Positions 18,362 through 27,018 of a DNA stretch of 29,002 nt are shown piece after piece. Positions within the stretch are counted from its first letter, which is position 1, and each line of letters opens with the position of its first letter. Origin of the DNA: an uncultured Dehalococcoidales bacterium. Its GTDB lineage: Bacteria; Chloroflexota; Dehalococcoidia; GIF9; AB-539-J10. The stretch lies in contig CAZQBR010000002.1 in the NCBI GenBank assembly GCA_964591975.1, positions 1 to 29,002 of the forward strand. The letters are read 5' to 3'. A program made the translations under genes and the position numbers. The notes under the pieces were generated by a model. The model ran no database searches and was not told where the DNA came from. It saw nothing but the letters and a program-made list of their open reading frames with translations.

Positions 18362-18856
18362 ATGCGCATTCTAGGCGTCGACCCCGGAACCATAAGTTTA
18401 GGCTATGGGATAGTGGATGGTGAAGAGCAAGTGCGCCTGGTGCATTATGGGGTATTAAGCTTCCCTCCTAAAACTCCCATTGAGGAAAGATTACACTGCC
18501 TGTACACCAAATTAAGCGAGATTATCGCCAAGCACAAGCCAGACGAAGTAGCCATTGAGGAGCCCTTTGTGGGCCATAATATTCGTTCGGCGCTAGCCAT
18601 CGGTAGAGCACAGGCAGTAGCTATCCTGGCAGCGGCAAACCAAGGATTACCTGTCTACTATTACTCCCCAGCCGAGGTAAAGCAGCGGGTAACCAATTAT
18701 GGGGGGAGCGATAAGGGGCAAATACAGGAAATGGTAAGAATTCAGCTTGGGCTTTCTCAGCCCCCTCCACCCAGCGATGCTGCCGATGCTTTGGCTGTAG
18801 CCCTTTGCCATACTCAGCAAAGTCGTTTTAACCGATGGATTGCTGATAGAAGTTAA
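18362..18856 (+). CDS. ruvC: Holliday junction resolvase RuvC
   Basis: RILGVDPG, EVAIEE, GGSDKGQI, DAADALAVALCH. Confidence 0.97.
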   Translation: MRILGVDPGTISLGYGIVDGEEQVRLVHYGVLSFPPKTPIEERLHCLYTKLSEIIAKHKPDEVAIEEPFVGHNIRSALAIGRAQAVAILAAANQGLPVYYYSPAEVKQRVTNYGGSDKGQIQEMVRIQLGLSQPPPPSDAADALAVALCHTQQSRFNRWIADRS

Positions 18857-18857
18857 C

Positions 18858-19439
18858 ATGATAGCCGCTATAGAGGGGATTTTAGAATACTTTGGTGTCG
18901 ATTCAATTATCGTCAAGGTGGGTGGGATCGGCATCCAAGTATATGTTCCCAGCTCGTCTTTAAGTAAATTAGGGGCTGCTGGCGATAATGTCTCTCTTTA
19001 TACTCATCTCCACTTGAGAGAAGATAATATCTCTCTTTATGGCTTTACTTCTAGCGAGGAATTAGCTTTATTCAAAAACCTTATTTCTGTCTCAGGAGTT
19101 GGCCCCAAAGTAGCCTTGTCATTGCTTTCCAGCCTAGCCATCGAGCAACTAGCTATGGCGATTACCAGCGGCAATGCCGAGCTCATAAGCCAGGCGCCTG
19201 GCATTGGCAAAAAGGTGGCTAGCCGCATTGTCATTGAGCTCCGTGGCAAGTTAGAAAAGGAATGGAAAGAGGCTGCTTTGCCTTTAGCTCCGGAGGATGC
19301 TGATGCCATAGCTGCCCTGACCAGCCTGGGCTACTCCCTGAGGGAAGCCACACAGGCTATCTCCAGCCTGCCCAATTCTTCGGAGCTAAGCTTAGAGGAG
19401 AAGGTTAAACTGGCGCTACAACAGCTGGCAGAGAGGTGA
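18858..19439 (+). CDS. ruvA: Holliday junction branch migration protein RuvA
   Basis: LYGF, LISVSGVGPKVAL, PGIGKKVASRIVIELRGK, ALTSLGY. Start placed at ATG 18858. Confidence 0.96.
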   Translation: MIAAIEGILEYFGVDSIIVKVGGIGIQVYVPSSSLSKLGAAGDNVSLYTHLHLREDNISLYGFTSSEELALFKNLISVSGVGPKVALSLLSSLAIEQLAMAITSGNAELISQAPGIGKKVASRIVIELRGKLEKEWKEAALPLAPEDADAIAALTSLGYSLREATQAISSLPNSSELSLEEKVKLALQQLAER

Positions 19440-19488
19440 GATATTATTTTTGTTTATACCGAGACGGGATTTCTAAAGGACTTGCCCC

Positions 19489-19980
19489 CTAAACTCTGAG
19501 CTTTAGCACAACTGAGGTTTCAACTTGCCTATCGGGAATATTCCAATACCTACACAGGAGTCTATCCTTTTCCTGGGGCAATACTAGCCTGAAATCATGT
19601 TTCTCGTAAAATCGGATAGCCCAAGTTGCATCAGCCCAAGTTCCCACCAATATTTCAGGGGTCTTGGCTAAGCTTATCAGATGTTCAAGTAACCTGCTGC
19701 CAATTCCCTTTCTCTGGAGGTTAGTTACTACATAGGTATGCCTGACCAGTGTAGTATCTTTGATGGGTTGAATTCCCCCGACTCCGAGTAAATCCTTACC
19801 CTCCACCCACCCAAAGAATCTAATGCCAGCTTCAATTTCCTGTTTTAGCTCCTCGGCTGACATGTATGGCTCCTTCCATCTGTCATCTGGTATCACGCTT
19901 TTGTAAGCCTGTGCAGCATCATTTATGACCCTTAGTATGGAGGAGAAATCCGAAAGCAATAGAGCATAAATCATACCCAA
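19489..19980 (-). CDS. GNAT family N-acetyltransferase
   Basis: Acetyl-CoA motif YVVTNLQRKGIGSRLL and AIRFYEKHDF. Confidence 0.9.
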   Translation of the reverse strand: MGMIYALLLSDFSSILRVINDAAQAYKSVIPDDRWKEPYMSAEELKQEIEAGIRFFGWVEGKDLLGVGGIQPIKDTTLVRHTYVVTNLQRKGIGSRLLEHLISLAKTPEILVGTWADATWAIRFYEKHDFRLVLPQEKDRLLCRYWNIPDRQVETSVVLKLRV

Positions 19981-20076
19981 GCCTGTTCACTTCCAAGTGA
20001 TGTGTAAAGGCCCAATTACTACTAGCTTAGCGTCAATAGACAGAACTATTGTCTCTCTTTTCCCAAGATAAGAAAT

Positions 20077-20724
20077 TTAAGCCTCATAACCCAGAATTTC
20101 CATTAAATTTCTAGCCTGTTCCACTTGGTAAGGCCCGACCTTTGTGCGGCGGACTTCTACTGCCGTAGCTCCAACCCCCAATTTCCCCCCAATATCATGA
20201 ATCAGACTTCTCACATAGAAACCTGAGGATACGTTGCAAGTCAGAGTGAAGTAAGGAAATTGGAACTCCTTAAGCTCTAAGGAATAGATGCTCACCTTTT
20301 GGGGAGATAAATCTACAGTTATGCCTCTTCTGGCCAGTTGGTAAGCCTTCCGCCCTTTCAGTTTCTTGGCAGAAAATGAAGGAGGGACTTGCCAAATATC
20401 ACCGCGAAATTCGCCTAACACCTTTTCCAACTCTTCCTTGGTTACTTCCCTATTACTTTGCCGCAAAACTTTGCCTTCAGAGTCAAAGGTATCGGTCTCC
20501 ACACCCAGAATGGACTTAACCTCGTAAGCTTTGTCCAATTTAAGGAATAGAGAGGCTTCTTTAGTGCGTTTGCCAGTAAGGATGATTAGTAATCCTGTAG
20601 CCGTTGGGTCTAATGTCCCCGTATGGCCAGTCTTCACCTTAAACTTCCCCCTTATCAGCTCCACCACCCGGGATGAAGTAAGCCCCTTGGGCTTATCCAC
20701 AAACAAGATATTATCCATCTCCAT
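20077..20724 (-). CDS. truB: tRNA pseudouridine(55) synthase TruB, short form without C-terminal domain
   Basis: VDKPKGLTS, catalytic GHTGTLDP, K-x-Y, G-x-x-TDT-x-D, QVPPSFSAKK, CNVSSGFYVRSLIHDIG. Confidence 0.9.
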   Translation of the reverse strand: MEMDNILFVDKPKGLTSSRVVELIRGKFKVKTGHTGTLDPTATGLLIILTGKRTKEASLFLKLDKAYEVKSILGVETDTFDSEGKVLRQSNREVTKEELEKVLGEFRGDIWQVPPSFSAKKLKGRKAYQLARRGITVDLSPQKVSIYSLELKEFQFPYFTLTCNVSSGFYVRSLIHDIGGKLGVGATAVEVRRTKVGPYQVEQARNLMEILGYEA

Positions 20725-20884
20725 AAGTATAACGAAAATTAGGAAATAAGATCAGACAATATCATTCCTTTACCCTGGGGTATTCGTTGCAAGGCAGACT
20801 CCTAAGCAAGCAACTACGTCAGAACCGAGGGAAAATGACTAATGCCATTTTAGAAAGCGAGGTTCTTCGTCACTTTCACCTTGA

Positions 20885-20974
20885 CTAGGGCACCCCCACA
20901 AACACTACCACCAAGCCCACCACTAGAAGTACAACGCCTAAAGCCAGCAAGCCAATTAACAACTTCATATTCAT
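20885..20974 (-). CDS. 29-aa single-transmembrane peptide (not in the ORF track)
   Basis: MNMKLLIGLLALGVVLLVVGLVVVFVGVP*; GAAGGGA RBS 8 nt upstream of the ATG. Confidence 0.55.
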   Translation of the reverse strand: MNMKLLIGLLALGVVLLVVGLVVVFVGVP

Positions 20975-21152
20975 TGCTAAAATCCCTTCTATATTTACCC
21001 AGTGGCTAAACGATAGACACTCTTTATAATGTCATCCAGGTAGTTTCCTTATATAGTACTAGAACGGGAAACTAAGAAAAAGGATTAGGCTATCTTCAAA
21101 GAATTAGCAGCCCAGCAATGTTAAAGTTATCTCCCTTCTATAAGGACATAGT

Positions 21153-21736
21153 ATGTTAGCTTGATTAGGTGTGGCGTTAGCCTTTTTGGGAATTGGACTA
21201 ACTCTTTGGTTTCAGGATAATCATATCTTTGCCAAAGTGCTTTCTGGCCTTTCTGGTTTTTGAGTTGTGGAGGCAATAGCAATGTGCAGCTATTGCCGGT
21301 TTTGGGGAATGCAAATAGCTAAGGCAGATAAAGCCCGTTTTATTGATAGTGAGGATACACCTAGTGTAAAGATGTTAACAATTCCTATATCGCTCAGATT
21401 CCCATTTTATGAGATTAAGGATTTCCGGGGACGTGTTGTGTCAGATTAATTGTCTCCATCAGGGATGTATATAATGATTTGAGGCAAGTTCTTGGCGGTA
21501 GTTTAGGTGATGTGTTTACCCTAAATCGGACACGTCGCCAAGGATTCATATCTGTTGCATACTTGAGTGGTGGAAGCGTGATAATTGGCAATCCACCAGT
21601 TCAACACAGCCCGCTTGGAGGAACTGGTAAATATAGAATCAATGTTGGAATTCGTGGGGAGGATAAAGTGCTAATCTCAAGATGCTGCACTCTGGCTTAC
21701 GACGGAGGCAAGTTAACTATGCTTGGTGCTGTGTAG
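21153..21736 (+). pseudogene. Probable pseudogene of a membrane-anchored hypothetical protein
   Basis: AAGGA RBS plus ATG 21153. Two hydrophobic segments are interrupted by in-frame TGA at 21162 and 21261 and run in frame into ORF 21267-21449; a frame change then leads to ORF 21479-21736. Confidence 0.45.
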
Positions 21737-21798
21737 CTGGTAATGGTCAACCACAAGCAAGCAGAACCAAGGAATAATATGAATGGTAAAATAGGATT

Positions 21799-22953
21799 GT
21801 GTCAATAAAATTGATAGCCAAGAAAGGTTCTACCTTCCACGATTTCCCTTACTCCAGCCCAGAGCGGAAGTGTTTCCATTGCTGGATTATCAATGTCACA
21901 CCGCCAGGACCAAACCAATGCATTCATCATTGCATCTACTGCTATGCCAGGGAGGCTATTTACTCTAATTATTCCCAGGACACTCTAATTTACAATAACC
22001 TGCCTGAACTAGTGGAGAAAGACCTTAAAAAGTTAACCCTGTGCCCGCCAATCTCCTTATCTAATGTCTCCGACCCTTGCCAGGATATACCTGAGCTGAA
22101 AGAGGAGGTTAAAAGGCTGGTAGGACTTCTGATGAGCTATGGCGTCTCCTTTTTCATCACCACCAAAGGCGACCCATCATTTCTTTTAGAACTACCCGGC
22201 TTTGCCGAGTACAAGCCTAAACTCATAGCCACAACCGTTGAAGGGACTCCTGAGATACTTGAGCTTCTGTCACCCGGGGCACCATCATTTGATGCTAGAG
22301 TGGCTACTGTCCGCAAGCTATCTAGCATAGGTATAGATACTGTCATTCGCCTCGACCCTGTTTTTATCCATCTTTTCCAAGCTATTTACGGCGATTCCTG
22401 GTTCGACCAAATAAGCAAGTTAGTCGATGTCTATGCTTCCACCGGAGCCAAGCATATTATCAACAGCACAGGCAGACTATCTAAAAAGCAACCCCCGAAC
22501 AGTAAGGGCACGAGCATATGGCAGCGGATATATAAAGTCATCTATAGCCAATCACCACTAGCAGCTAAAAAATTTGAGCAGGAATATGCTTATGAAGCAC
22601 ATTGGTCAGGAGGAGGGTATCGCCTGCGCAAGGACTTGAGACTTAGTTTTCACCATAAATTAAGGGAGTTGGTCGAAGCCAGAGGAATGACTTATGCTAG
22701 CTGCCAAGAGCTCAGTGCTGAGGAAAGTGATTCCCAAGGTATTCCTCACTGTGAGGGTTTACCTCTACCTTTTGCCAAAAAGCAAGCTGGTGGCAAATTC
22801 AAGCCTGTCCCCGGCTGCACCGCTAACTGCCATGTTTCTTGTCGAGGATTAACTATGCCACCCTGTGGACAACCAGGGTTAGTAAGCTACAAGCCGTTAA
22901 AGCCGAGCAAGCTATGTTTTGAGCCCACCCTAATCTCTCTACCAAACGACTAG
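21799..22953 (+). CDS. Radical SAM protein, spore photoproduct lyase (SPL)-like superfamily, with a Cys-rich C-terminus
   Basis: CIHHCIYCYAR (Cx3Cx2C), SNVSDPCQ, ITTKG, EPGAP-like LSPGAPSFDARV, IRLDPV. Confidence 0.85.
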   Translation: MSIKLIAKKGSTFHDFPYSSPERKCFHCWIINVTPPGPNQCIHHCIYCYAREAIYSNYSQDTLIYNNLPELVEKDLKKLTLCPPISLSNVSDPCQDIPELKEEVKRLVGLLMSYGVSFFITTKGDPSFLLELPGFAEYKPKLIATTVEGTPEILELLSPGAPSFDARVATVRKLSSIGIDTVIRLDPVFIHLFQAIYGDSWFDQISKLVDVYASTGAKHIINSTGRLSKKQPPNSKGTSIWQRIYKVIYSQSPLAAKKFEQEYAYEAHWSGGGYRLRKDLRLSFHHKLRELVEARGMTYASCQELSAEESDSQGIPHCEGLPLPFAKKQAGGKFKPVPGCTANCHVSCRGLTMPPCGQPGLVSYKPLKPSKLCFEPTLISLPND

Positions 22954-22961
22954 TAAATTAT

Positions 22962-23579
22962 CTACCATCCAAGTCTTTTGTTTCTATGAGGCATATAAGG
23001 CTCAAAAAGCAAGTCTATAGTACGCTTGCGAAGATCCAGTTCATGTTCTTTCAGCAGGCCTTTCGTGGCACAAATTCGCTGACAAACAGTCTCCAGCTCC
23101 TTCTCACTTAACTCAGCTTGCTCTGCAAGCTCCAGCATCTGCCTTAAGTCACGAACTCGTTGACAAAGGAGCTCTCGTTCTTCCTTTATCACCTCAATTT
23201 GCACGCTGCTGGATTTTTCATATCCTGTGACTTGTTTCATCGTTTTACGAATGATTTTCTTGTGTTTTTCTAAATCAGATATTTGTTTTTTGAGGATTAA
23301 CCGTCTCTCTTTGTTCCTCCTCAATTGTTTTGCCAAGCTTTTAAGTTCCCCTTGATATCTATCAACCTTATTGAACTGGTCACTAAGAACCTCCAATTTC
23401 CTGCGGTATTTCTCTTCAAGAAGGCTTTCCAATCTCGCTAGCCGATCAAGCCGCCTGCCACAGAACTCCACATCCCTGCGTATTTCTTCAATCTCGCTGG
23501 GTAGTTCCCTCTGCTTGGCGGAAATTTGCTCCTGTCCTATTATCCTTTCAACCATCTCTATTCCCTGGTTCCCCAACAA
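22962..23579 (-). CDS. Coiled-coil hypothetical protein (start may be ATG 23555)
   Basis: 205 aa, rich in E/K/R/L/Q with heptad-like periodicity. Confidence 0.7.
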   Translation of the reverse strand: MLGNQGIEMVERIIGQEQISAKQRELPSEIEEIRRDVEFCGRRLDRLARLESLLEEKYRRKLEVLSDQFNKVDRYQGELKSLAKQLRRNKERRLILKKQISDLEKHKKIIRKTMKQVTGYEKSSSVQIEVIKEERELLCQRVRDLRQMLELAEQAELSEKELETVCQRICATKGLLKEHELDLRKRTIDLLFEPYMPHRNKRLGW

Positions 23580-23792
23580 GTGTCAAGGTGAACTCATTAT
23601 AAAGCCCCGAATAAAGAACAATCAACGGCTAACCCTGGCTGCTTCGGGAGAACATTGCCAGATTTTAACGAATTGTTGGGAAACTGGTTAATGAAAGTTG
23701 GTGCTTTTTTCTACAAAGCTGTGCTCAGAATGGCAACTGGAGAGGTACGGTTGAATCACTAAGGACGGGATATATCTAATTGTAGCCTTTTC

Positions 23793-25145
23793 CTACTCGG
23801 TTGGCTCCACTGCTTTGGCTTCAAGTACCGTGATGTGCTGGCGCTGGGCAAAGCGGCTGGCTTCCCGAGTTAAGCCGGGGACAGCAATTAAAACCTTATC
23901 CGGGATACGGCTATCGTACGCTTTGTCATCAAAATCGAATACTCTATCCAGCTCTATGGAATTGTCGGATACTTCAATACCGATGGCGATATTGTACACT
24001 ACAATCCCGTCATCCCTAGTGGCCAAGAGGTCAAAGGTATGCTCCATTCCTGATCTGCCTTTTACCTTGACATTTTCCTTCACTTCATAGCCACGGCTTT
24101 GGAGATAATTGAGCAGCTCCAATTTTGATTTGAAATGGAAAGGGGGCTTTTCTACCTCAGCTTCAGTTTCCCGAGCAAGGGGAGGGAAAATGTTGTGGGC
24201 TAAGAATGCCTCTAAATCTGCTGGTTCCAGTATTTTTATCCTCTGTCGAGAGGCAAATCGACTTGCCTCTTTGGTGATTCCGGGGATGGCAACTAACACC
24301 TTATGGTGAATGCCGCTATCATAAGCTTTATCGTCAAAATCGAATACCTTATCCAATCCTACATCTTTTGGTGATATTTCAATGCCAATGGCTATCTGGT
24401 GGATAAGCACGCCAGCGTCCCTGCTTGCCAGCAGATCAAAGGTATGCTCTGCTCCCGAGCTGCCTCTAGCTGTGGCATTTTCCCTTACCTCGTAACCCCG
24501 TTCCTGGAGAAATTTTACCAATTGGGATTTAGGCTTAAGCTCAAATTCTAGCCAGTCCCTTTTTTCTTCGTTTAGGGAATAAGAATAGGCATTCATTTCA
24601 GTGATTTTGTCTGCAGGGGTGATTGAGGAACATTTGAGGCATCTCCATCTTATTGCTGGTTGGTTAAATACCTCAGTGCAATCGTGGCATTTGTATAACA
24701 CCCCCAGGCTGCGATAATCAGTGCCCAGGGCATGCAATTCCTGCTTGCATTTAGGGCATACCAGCTTGCCTTTAAGAAGAAATTCATCCTCAGTACCGAC
24801 ATATCTGCATACCAGGTGCTCCAGAATTCTACCGCGAGCTATATCTCCTGAACCACACTTGGGGCAGTGATATACTGGCCTGAGATTCATGGAGTGGCAT
24901 TGAGGGCAATAGAGAAATTTGTCAAACAATTTCCTCTCTAATATACCTTCAGCAGCCAGCGATTCCAGCCAGGTAGCTGTCTCTTTGTCTGTGGTATGGA
25001 TGAGCTGGCTTATGAAGGGAAAGGAAAACCCTAACTCCGATTTTGGATCAAGTTGTGGCTTTGCCTCTGGGATGGTTCCCTGGAGCATCGCCTCCAGCAA
25101 CTTCGCCACCTTTGCGTTGTGCCATAGCCTGGAATGCTCTGCCAT
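23793..25145 (-). CDS. Multi-Zn-ribbon (TackOD1-like) protein with two tandem restriction-endonuclease-fold (Mrr-cat-like) domains
   Basis: Five CxxC plus one HxxC (11 Cys); two 104-aa repeats containing GxSGxEHTFDLLA...IAIGIE. Confidence 0.8.
   Translation of the reverse strand: MAEHSRLWHNAKVAKLLEAMLQGTIPEAKPQLDPKSELGFSFPFISQLIHTTDKETATWLESLAAEGILERKLFDKFLYCPQCHSMNLRPVYHCPKCGSGDIARGRILEHLVCRYVGTEDEFLLKGKLVCPKCKQELHALGTDYRSLGVLYKCHDCTEVFNQPAIRWRCLKCSSITPADKITEMNAYSYSLNEEKRDWLEFELKPKSQLVKFLQERGYEVRENATARGSSGAEHTFDLLASRDAGVLIHQIAIGIEISPKDVGLDKVFDFDDKAYDSGIHHKVLVAIPGITKEASRFASRQRIKILEPADLEAFLAHNIFPPLARETEAEVEKPPFHFKSKLELLNYLQSRGYEVKENVKVKGRSGMEHTFDLLATRDDGIVVYNIAIGIEVSDNSIELDRVFDFDDKAYDSRIPDKVLIAVPGLTREASRFAQRQHITVLEAKAVEPTE
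23820..24536 (-). repeat. Duplicated 104-aa domain: 24225-24536 and 23820-24131
   Basis: Ungapped hand alignment gives 65/104 aa identical. Confidence 0.92.
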
Positions 25146-25203
25146 TTCCTACCTGTGAGAAAGTGTAACCTTTCCCTCCAAATGGTGTCAACAACAGGAG
25201 CTA

Positions 25204-25232
25204 TTGACAATCAGTGACTAAATAACCACAAT
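25204..25232 (+). promoter_or_regulatory. Candidate sigma70 promoter for pilD
   Basis: TTGACA (25204-25209), 17-bp spacer, CACAAT (25227-25232), 8 nt before the ATG. Confidence 0.5.
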
Positions 25233-25240
25233 GAGTAGCC

Positions 25241-26014
25241 ATGCAAGCCGCATATATATCTCTCTTTGCTGTCGTGGGGTTGGCGATAGGCAGCTTTCTT
25301 AACGTGTGCATTGACAGGTTACCTCGGAAGGAATCTATCTTGAATCCGCCATCCTCTTGTGAGGCTTGCCGCCACCACCTCGCTGTCAAGGATCTTATCC
25401 CTATATTCAGCTACCTTTGGCTAAAGGGTCGCTGCAGGTATTGCCACGCACCTGTGCCAAGAAGGTTATTCTGGGTGGAACTTGCCACTGGTGGTGCGTT
25501 TGCCCTCCTCTACTGGCACTGTGGCTTAACCCCACAGCTAGGGGTTATGGCTTTCTATGCTTGCCTATTCATTATAATTTTTGTTGTAGACCTGGAGCAT
25601 GGGCTTATCCTAAACAAGGTAGTCTATCCTGGGATACTGGTGGCATTGCTCTTTGCTTTGTTCCTACCTCAGCCATGGCTTATCCAATGGATGGTTCACG
25701 GCGTTGCCAATTTTGCACTAGGTGCTGGCATTGGTTTTGGTATATTCCTCTTGCTGGCCATTGTCTCTCGCGGAGGAATGGGATGGGGAGATGTCAAGTT
25801 GGCAACTTTAATTGGCCTGGCTACTGGCTTTCCTCTGGTTTTTGTTGCCTTGATTACAGGGTCTATCCTCGGCGGTCTGGTAGCTATAGGTTTGCTGATA
25901 GGTAAAAAGAAGGGGCGAAAGGAGATGATTGCCTTTGGTCCCTTCCTCTCCCTGACAGCCATGATTACACTTGCTGTGGGAAGCAATATCCTCAACTGGT
26001 ATTTAGGACTCTAG
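25241..26014 (+). CDS. pilD: Type IV prepilin peptidase/methyltransferase (A24A)
   Basis: GSFLNVCIDRLP, PPSSCEACRH, SYLWLKGRCRYC, catalytic Asp motifs VVDLEH and GMGWGDVKL, AFGPFL. Confidence 0.95.
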   Translation: MQAAYISLFAVVGLAIGSFLNVCIDRLPRKESILNPPSSCEACRHHLAVKDLIPIFSYLWLKGRCRYCHAPVPRRLFWVELATGGAFALLYWHCGLTPQLGVMAFYACLFIIIFVVDLEHGLILNKVVYPGILVALLFALFLPQPWLIQWMVHGVANFALGAGIGFGIFLLLAIVSRGGMGWGDVKLATLIGLATGFPLVFVALITGSILGGLVAIGLLIGKKKGRKEMIAFGPFLSLTAMITLAVGSNILNWYLGL

Positions 26015-26396
26015 CCCTTGTTTAATGTAGCCAAGCTCGATTTGCCCATTCTTCGCTGAGCCCTTTGATTAAGAGTCATAACGTAATTTGTTTTCTTGAC
26101 GCTATTTTCTTCGTACCTGGAGTAAGGTAGAAGAAGTGCCACATCAGCATCCCAACATGGTCGAAGCAGCGATAATAGGACAACTTGATAAGAAACTAGT
26201 CGAGCCCGGCAAAGTCGTTATAATCATTGAGGGTGGAGGAAAGGTGACTGAGAGGACATCATCCAGTTTTGCCAGCGGCGCTTGCCTAACTATGCTTTAC
26301 CAAGTACTGTAGTTTTCATTGGCAGACTGCCGCGAAACTCAAGCGAGAAGGTGTTAGAGGGAGTGCTGGGAAAATTTCCAGGCTGAGACGCATTTG

Positions 26397-26864
26397 AACT
26401 AGTTCGAATAGATAGGTGACATCTCAAGGCGTTTTGGAACGGTGAGAAAGGAGACCCTCATTCAGGAAGAGAGGATAAGGCGTTTAAGAAAGAGATCTCC
26501 CTACTACTATCTTGTTAACCAGCCTACCCAAAACTTGCAGACAGATAATGGGAGTGAGTTTGCTTTAGAGTTTGAAAGGGCCACCACTAAATTAAACATT
26601 CAAAGGTACTTTTCAAGAGCCAGAACCCCTAAGGATAACTCGGAGATAGAAAGGTTTAACCAGACTTTAGAGTATGAGTGGCTCTACAACTCTAATCTAT
26701 CTTTAGACCCTGAAGAGCTCAATCCCCGGCTAACCGAATGGCTTATTGAGTATAACTTTAGCCGTCCGCACCAATCTCCTGGCTATCTTGCTCCCGTAGG
26801 GTATATTGAAAAGGAACTTGCTAAAATCCACAGCCCAGTGTTACCTATGTGGTCAGCCAGCACA
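26397..26864 (+). mobile_element. Internally deleted IS481-like element (integrase-core remnant, ORF 26442-26873)
   Basis: LQTDNGSEF, RTPKDNSEIERFNQTL, WLIEYNFSRPHQS. Subterminal inverted match ATAGGTGACA (26412-26421) / TGTTACCTAT (26839-26848), 9/10. Right end ...GCACA at 26864. Left boundary is approximate. Confidence 0.75.
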
Positions 26865-26869
26865 GCATA

Positions 26870-26897
26870 TTGACATATTACCCCCCCATGTTAAACT
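26870..26897 (+). promoter_or_regulatory. Candidate promoter for the SDR gene
   Basis: TTGACA (26870-26875), 16-bp spacer containing C7, extended -10 TGT-TAAACT. Confidence 0.5.
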
Positions 26898-27018
26898 ATC
26901 CAAAGTTAGCAAGCCCTTATCCCGATATTGGTACAAGTAGGTAGTATGCGTAATGTGTGGCGTGCTGACCTTCGGAGCGGTAAAGGGATAATAAGATGAT
27001 CCGCCAAAGGAGAAATAA

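Noticed and set aside
18362-19439. ruvC-ruvA without ruvB
   Set aside because: Unlinked ruvB is a common arrangement, so this is not evidence of loss.
20785-20880. Faint resemblance to IscB omegaRNA/HEARO (CTAAG...ACTACGT) and to the REP family (GAGGTTCTTCGTCAC)
   Set aside because: Only short matches, no supporting stems and no IscB or TnpB gene nearby.
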